A stretch of 41,317 bases of DNA from Patescibacteria group bacterium (GTDB lineage: Bacteria; Patescibacteriota; UBA1384; XYA2-FULL-43-10; 1-14-0-10-43-13), in NCBI GenBank assembly GCA_041674765.1, contig JBAYVE010000011.1, positions 1 through 41,317 of the forward strand, given 5' to 3'. Of the stretch, positions 39,224 through 41,317 are shown in pieces; the first letter of the stretch is position 1, and every line of letters starts with the position of its first letter. Both the position numbers and the translations under genes were made by a program. The notes beneath the pieces were generated by a model that worked only from the letters and a program-made list of their open reading frames with translations, ran no database searches and was not told the origin of the DNA.

Positions 39224-41026
39224 TCACCTTCGCTTAAACAATCCCTTCTTCACTATTGGAGAAGAGAGAGCACCCGGGCTTGCATTCTTCAGCGATCTGA
39301 GAATCGAGAAGTTAATATCGCCGGTCGGTACGAGATCTCCATAAACTTGTGAAAGCCTCGTCTCGATCGCAACAGGCGAGTAATTGCCCTCCTTATAAAC
39401 TATTGCTACTACACAAATCGTGCGGGCTTGATATTCTGACAGGACGTTTTGGATGGCTTCTCCATTCCAACCCACCAGAGAAATGATCGGGATCTCGATC
39501 ACTTGACCGGGATAAATGGATTGGTTCCACTCATGATATGAGTTGGGGAAGAATTCCCCAACTTGAGTATGCGGATCATACCACGAAGCGCCCAAATCGA
39601 CGCCTGTCATGCCAAACCCCGCCATGGCTAAGGACTGAAACCAGATCGAGACGTTCCCGTCATTTCTGGCTTTAATCGTCCAAAGCCATCTTGTATCGCC
39701 GAAGTTGGCCCGCGCCGGATTTGGCTCAGTCCAGAGAGTTAAGCTGGGCAGATTCTCATTGACCCCCCATACCCTCTGGATTTCCTGTATATACCGGTTC
39801 AGGCCGGCATCCGTTTGAATCAACGAGCTATGGCTAAAGCCACTCATGCCGCTCATATCTAACCGCCAAACCGGACCTAAAGTAAAGCTTTCCAGCGAAG
39901 TGCTAGTAGCCAGTGCACTAGTCCAGTCAACTGTTGAATCCCCGGCTCCTCCAAACAAAACCGTGCCATAGCGTCCACGGTGAATTACGTTTGAAGAATT
40001 ATTGAGTTTACTTAAAAACTCGCTATCCGTCATCAACTGCCTAACTGCTTTTGATGTGACCAGCGGCCACCAATCGCTGTCATTGTTCAGGAAAGCATTA
40101 TGGATGTTTCTCACCGTCCCGGCAAGATCGGCTTGGCCAGATCCCTCGTTTGGCGTGCAAATCATGAATAAATCATGAACGGCGTTTGTCACCGTCTTGT
40201 CCTGAATAGCCGACCTCATAACTAAGCCGCCCATTGAGTGACAGTGGAAATCCGATTTGACTCCTCTGAAGTTGTCGTCCATCAATTTATAGGTGATCAG
40301 ATCTGCAGTCGCTTCAATATCGTCAGGCCAGGGATATGTCACATAGTCAATCTGACGATAGTGATGAGTATCATAGAGCTTGCGGGCCAGCTTTTCCATG
40401 GTTTGCTTGTTGCTGATAAAACCATGGAACAATCTAGCCTTGGTGTTTGTTTCTGCATTTGGATCAGACGCAAAAGCAGGCACAAAGTCCACCTCACTAT
40501 CTGGTTCTGGAATCCGTATACGGCCGATAATTCCCTTTATCGTACTCACTAGCCCCCGCCGGACACCCAAACTGCTACCATCGAGATAGACCGTATCGCT
40601 ACTATAACGCTCCACGGAACTGACTTCGTGCCATTTGCCGTCGATGAAGAGCTGTGCAACAGCCTTCCAATCGCCATCAGCCCTCGTTTGACCAATCTTG
40701 ACTTCGATGTACTTTCCAGGACGTACCCCTTCCCCATTCATCGTTACCTCAAGCTCAGCAGATCCGGCGATCGGCTCGACCCTGCCTGTATTCCCGTTCC
40801 AAGGCCTCAGAACAAAGTCCACTCGCGTTCCGGAGGAGATGGCCCCTACCGGAATGCTAATTGTCAAATCGGCAATTTGTGCCGAAACAGCAGACTGATC
40901 TGCTGGTACAGTAATGTGCGCCGTCGCAGTTGCAGTTGAATCAGCAGGGATGTTATTTCCGCCGCCGCCGCCGCAACCTGCAAATAGACAGACAGATAAC
41001 CACAGATACCAAAAAGATCCTTTCAT
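39224..41026 (-). CDS. lipoprotein with alpha/beta-hydrolase (lipase-like GHSMG) domain
   Basis: Start placed at MKGSFWYLWLSVCLFAGC (GGAGG RBS 10 nt upstream; lipobox LFAGC). GxSxG-type CHSMGGLVMRSA in the middle. Confidence 0.7.
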   Translation of the reverse strand: MKGSFWYLWLSVCLFAGCGGGGGNNIPADSTATATAHITVPADQSAVSAQIADLTISIPVGAISSGTRVDFVLRPWNGNTGRVEPIAGSAELEVTMNGEGVRPGKYIEVKIGQTRADGDWKAVAQLFIDGKWHEVSSVERYSSDTVYLDGSSLGVRRGLVSTIKGIIGRIRIPEPDSEVDFVPAFASDPNAETNTKARLFHGFISNKQTMEKLARKLYDTHHYRQIDYVTYPWPDDIEATADLITYKLMDDNFRGVKSDFHCHSMGGLVMRSAIQDKTVTNAVHDLFMICTPNEGSGQADLAGTVRNIHNAFLNNDSDWWPLVTSKAVRQLMTDSEFLSKLNNSSNVIHRGRYGTVLFGGAGDSTVDWTSALATSTSLESFTLGPVWRLDMSGMSGFSHSSLIQTDAGLNRYIQEIQRVWGVNENLPSLTLWTEPNPARANFGDTRWLWTIKARNDGNVSIWFQSLAMAGFGMTGVDLGASWYDPHTQVGEFFPNSYHEWNQSIYPGQVIEIPIISLVGWNGEAIQNVLSEYQARTICVVAIVYKEGNYSPVAIETRLSQVYGDLVPTGDINFSILRSLKNASPGALSSPIVKKGLFKRR

Positions 41027-41317
41027 CTTCTTGTTCCTCCTTGTCAAAAATACGGTTTGCACCATGACAATTCTAGCACCAATTGCTTGAAATTTTTAGT
41101 AAAGAATGATCAAATATCTAAAAAAACACAAATTATTTTTTAACTTGCTGTCAAAAAAATAACAATCATCTTTTTAACTACTTTTGGAATTTCAAACGTT
41201 CACTTTTCAAGACCTTGGAAACACTTAGGCTGTTTGAAGGGCTAGTTTCTGCATCGGAGTGATCAGTTTGATCCCCATGTGAAGTCTCTTGTTGTTGTAA
41301 TGAATTATGTACTCTTC

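Overview
This is an AT-rich bacterial window of about 41 kb. The left end (0.3-6.7 kb) encodes transporters: a P-type ATPase, an Nramp transporter and a CPA2/RCK antiporter. Next come two candidate toxin-antitoxin-like pairs (XRE-HTH + GNAT; HTH-Panacea/DUF4065 + small toxin-like ORF). The most unusual region is 11.9-16.4 kb. It holds a tRNA-Gly(UCC) nested between inverted repeats, which are in turn flanked by the two complementary halves of a second, disrupted tRNA-Gly copy split exactly inside the anticodon. Beside it lies a large serine recombinase, followed by a complete diversity-generating retroelement (DGR). The DGR has an RT carrying the IGxxxSQ motif, an Avd, and a 125-bp TR/VR pair in which 13 of 14 internal mismatches fall at TR adenines (AAC codons), with the VR at the 3' end of a GC-rich target gene. 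The RT reading frame is broken inside a (CT)13 microsatellite, so that a change of one CT unit would restore it. Downstream is a phage-like module (TerS, TerL, ParB-methyltransferase, HNH, GIY-YIG, three tRNAs). Within that module is a 1336-aa NACHT/STAND NTPase followed by a small 3-TM protein and a tiny acidic ORF, which together are a candidate anti-phage system. The right end encodes redox, metal and envelope proteins: SDR, DUF134-Zn ribbon, thioredoxins, DsbD/CcdA, ZIP, ferritin-like, cytochrome b5-like, a GT2-HAD fusion, histidine phosphatase, a GT-B protein, a PKD/lamin-tail surface protein, SPFH and a lipoprotein lipase. Several hairpin terminators occur in near-identical copies at distant sites. 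A structured RNA-like element with its own terminator lies at 16.5 kb.
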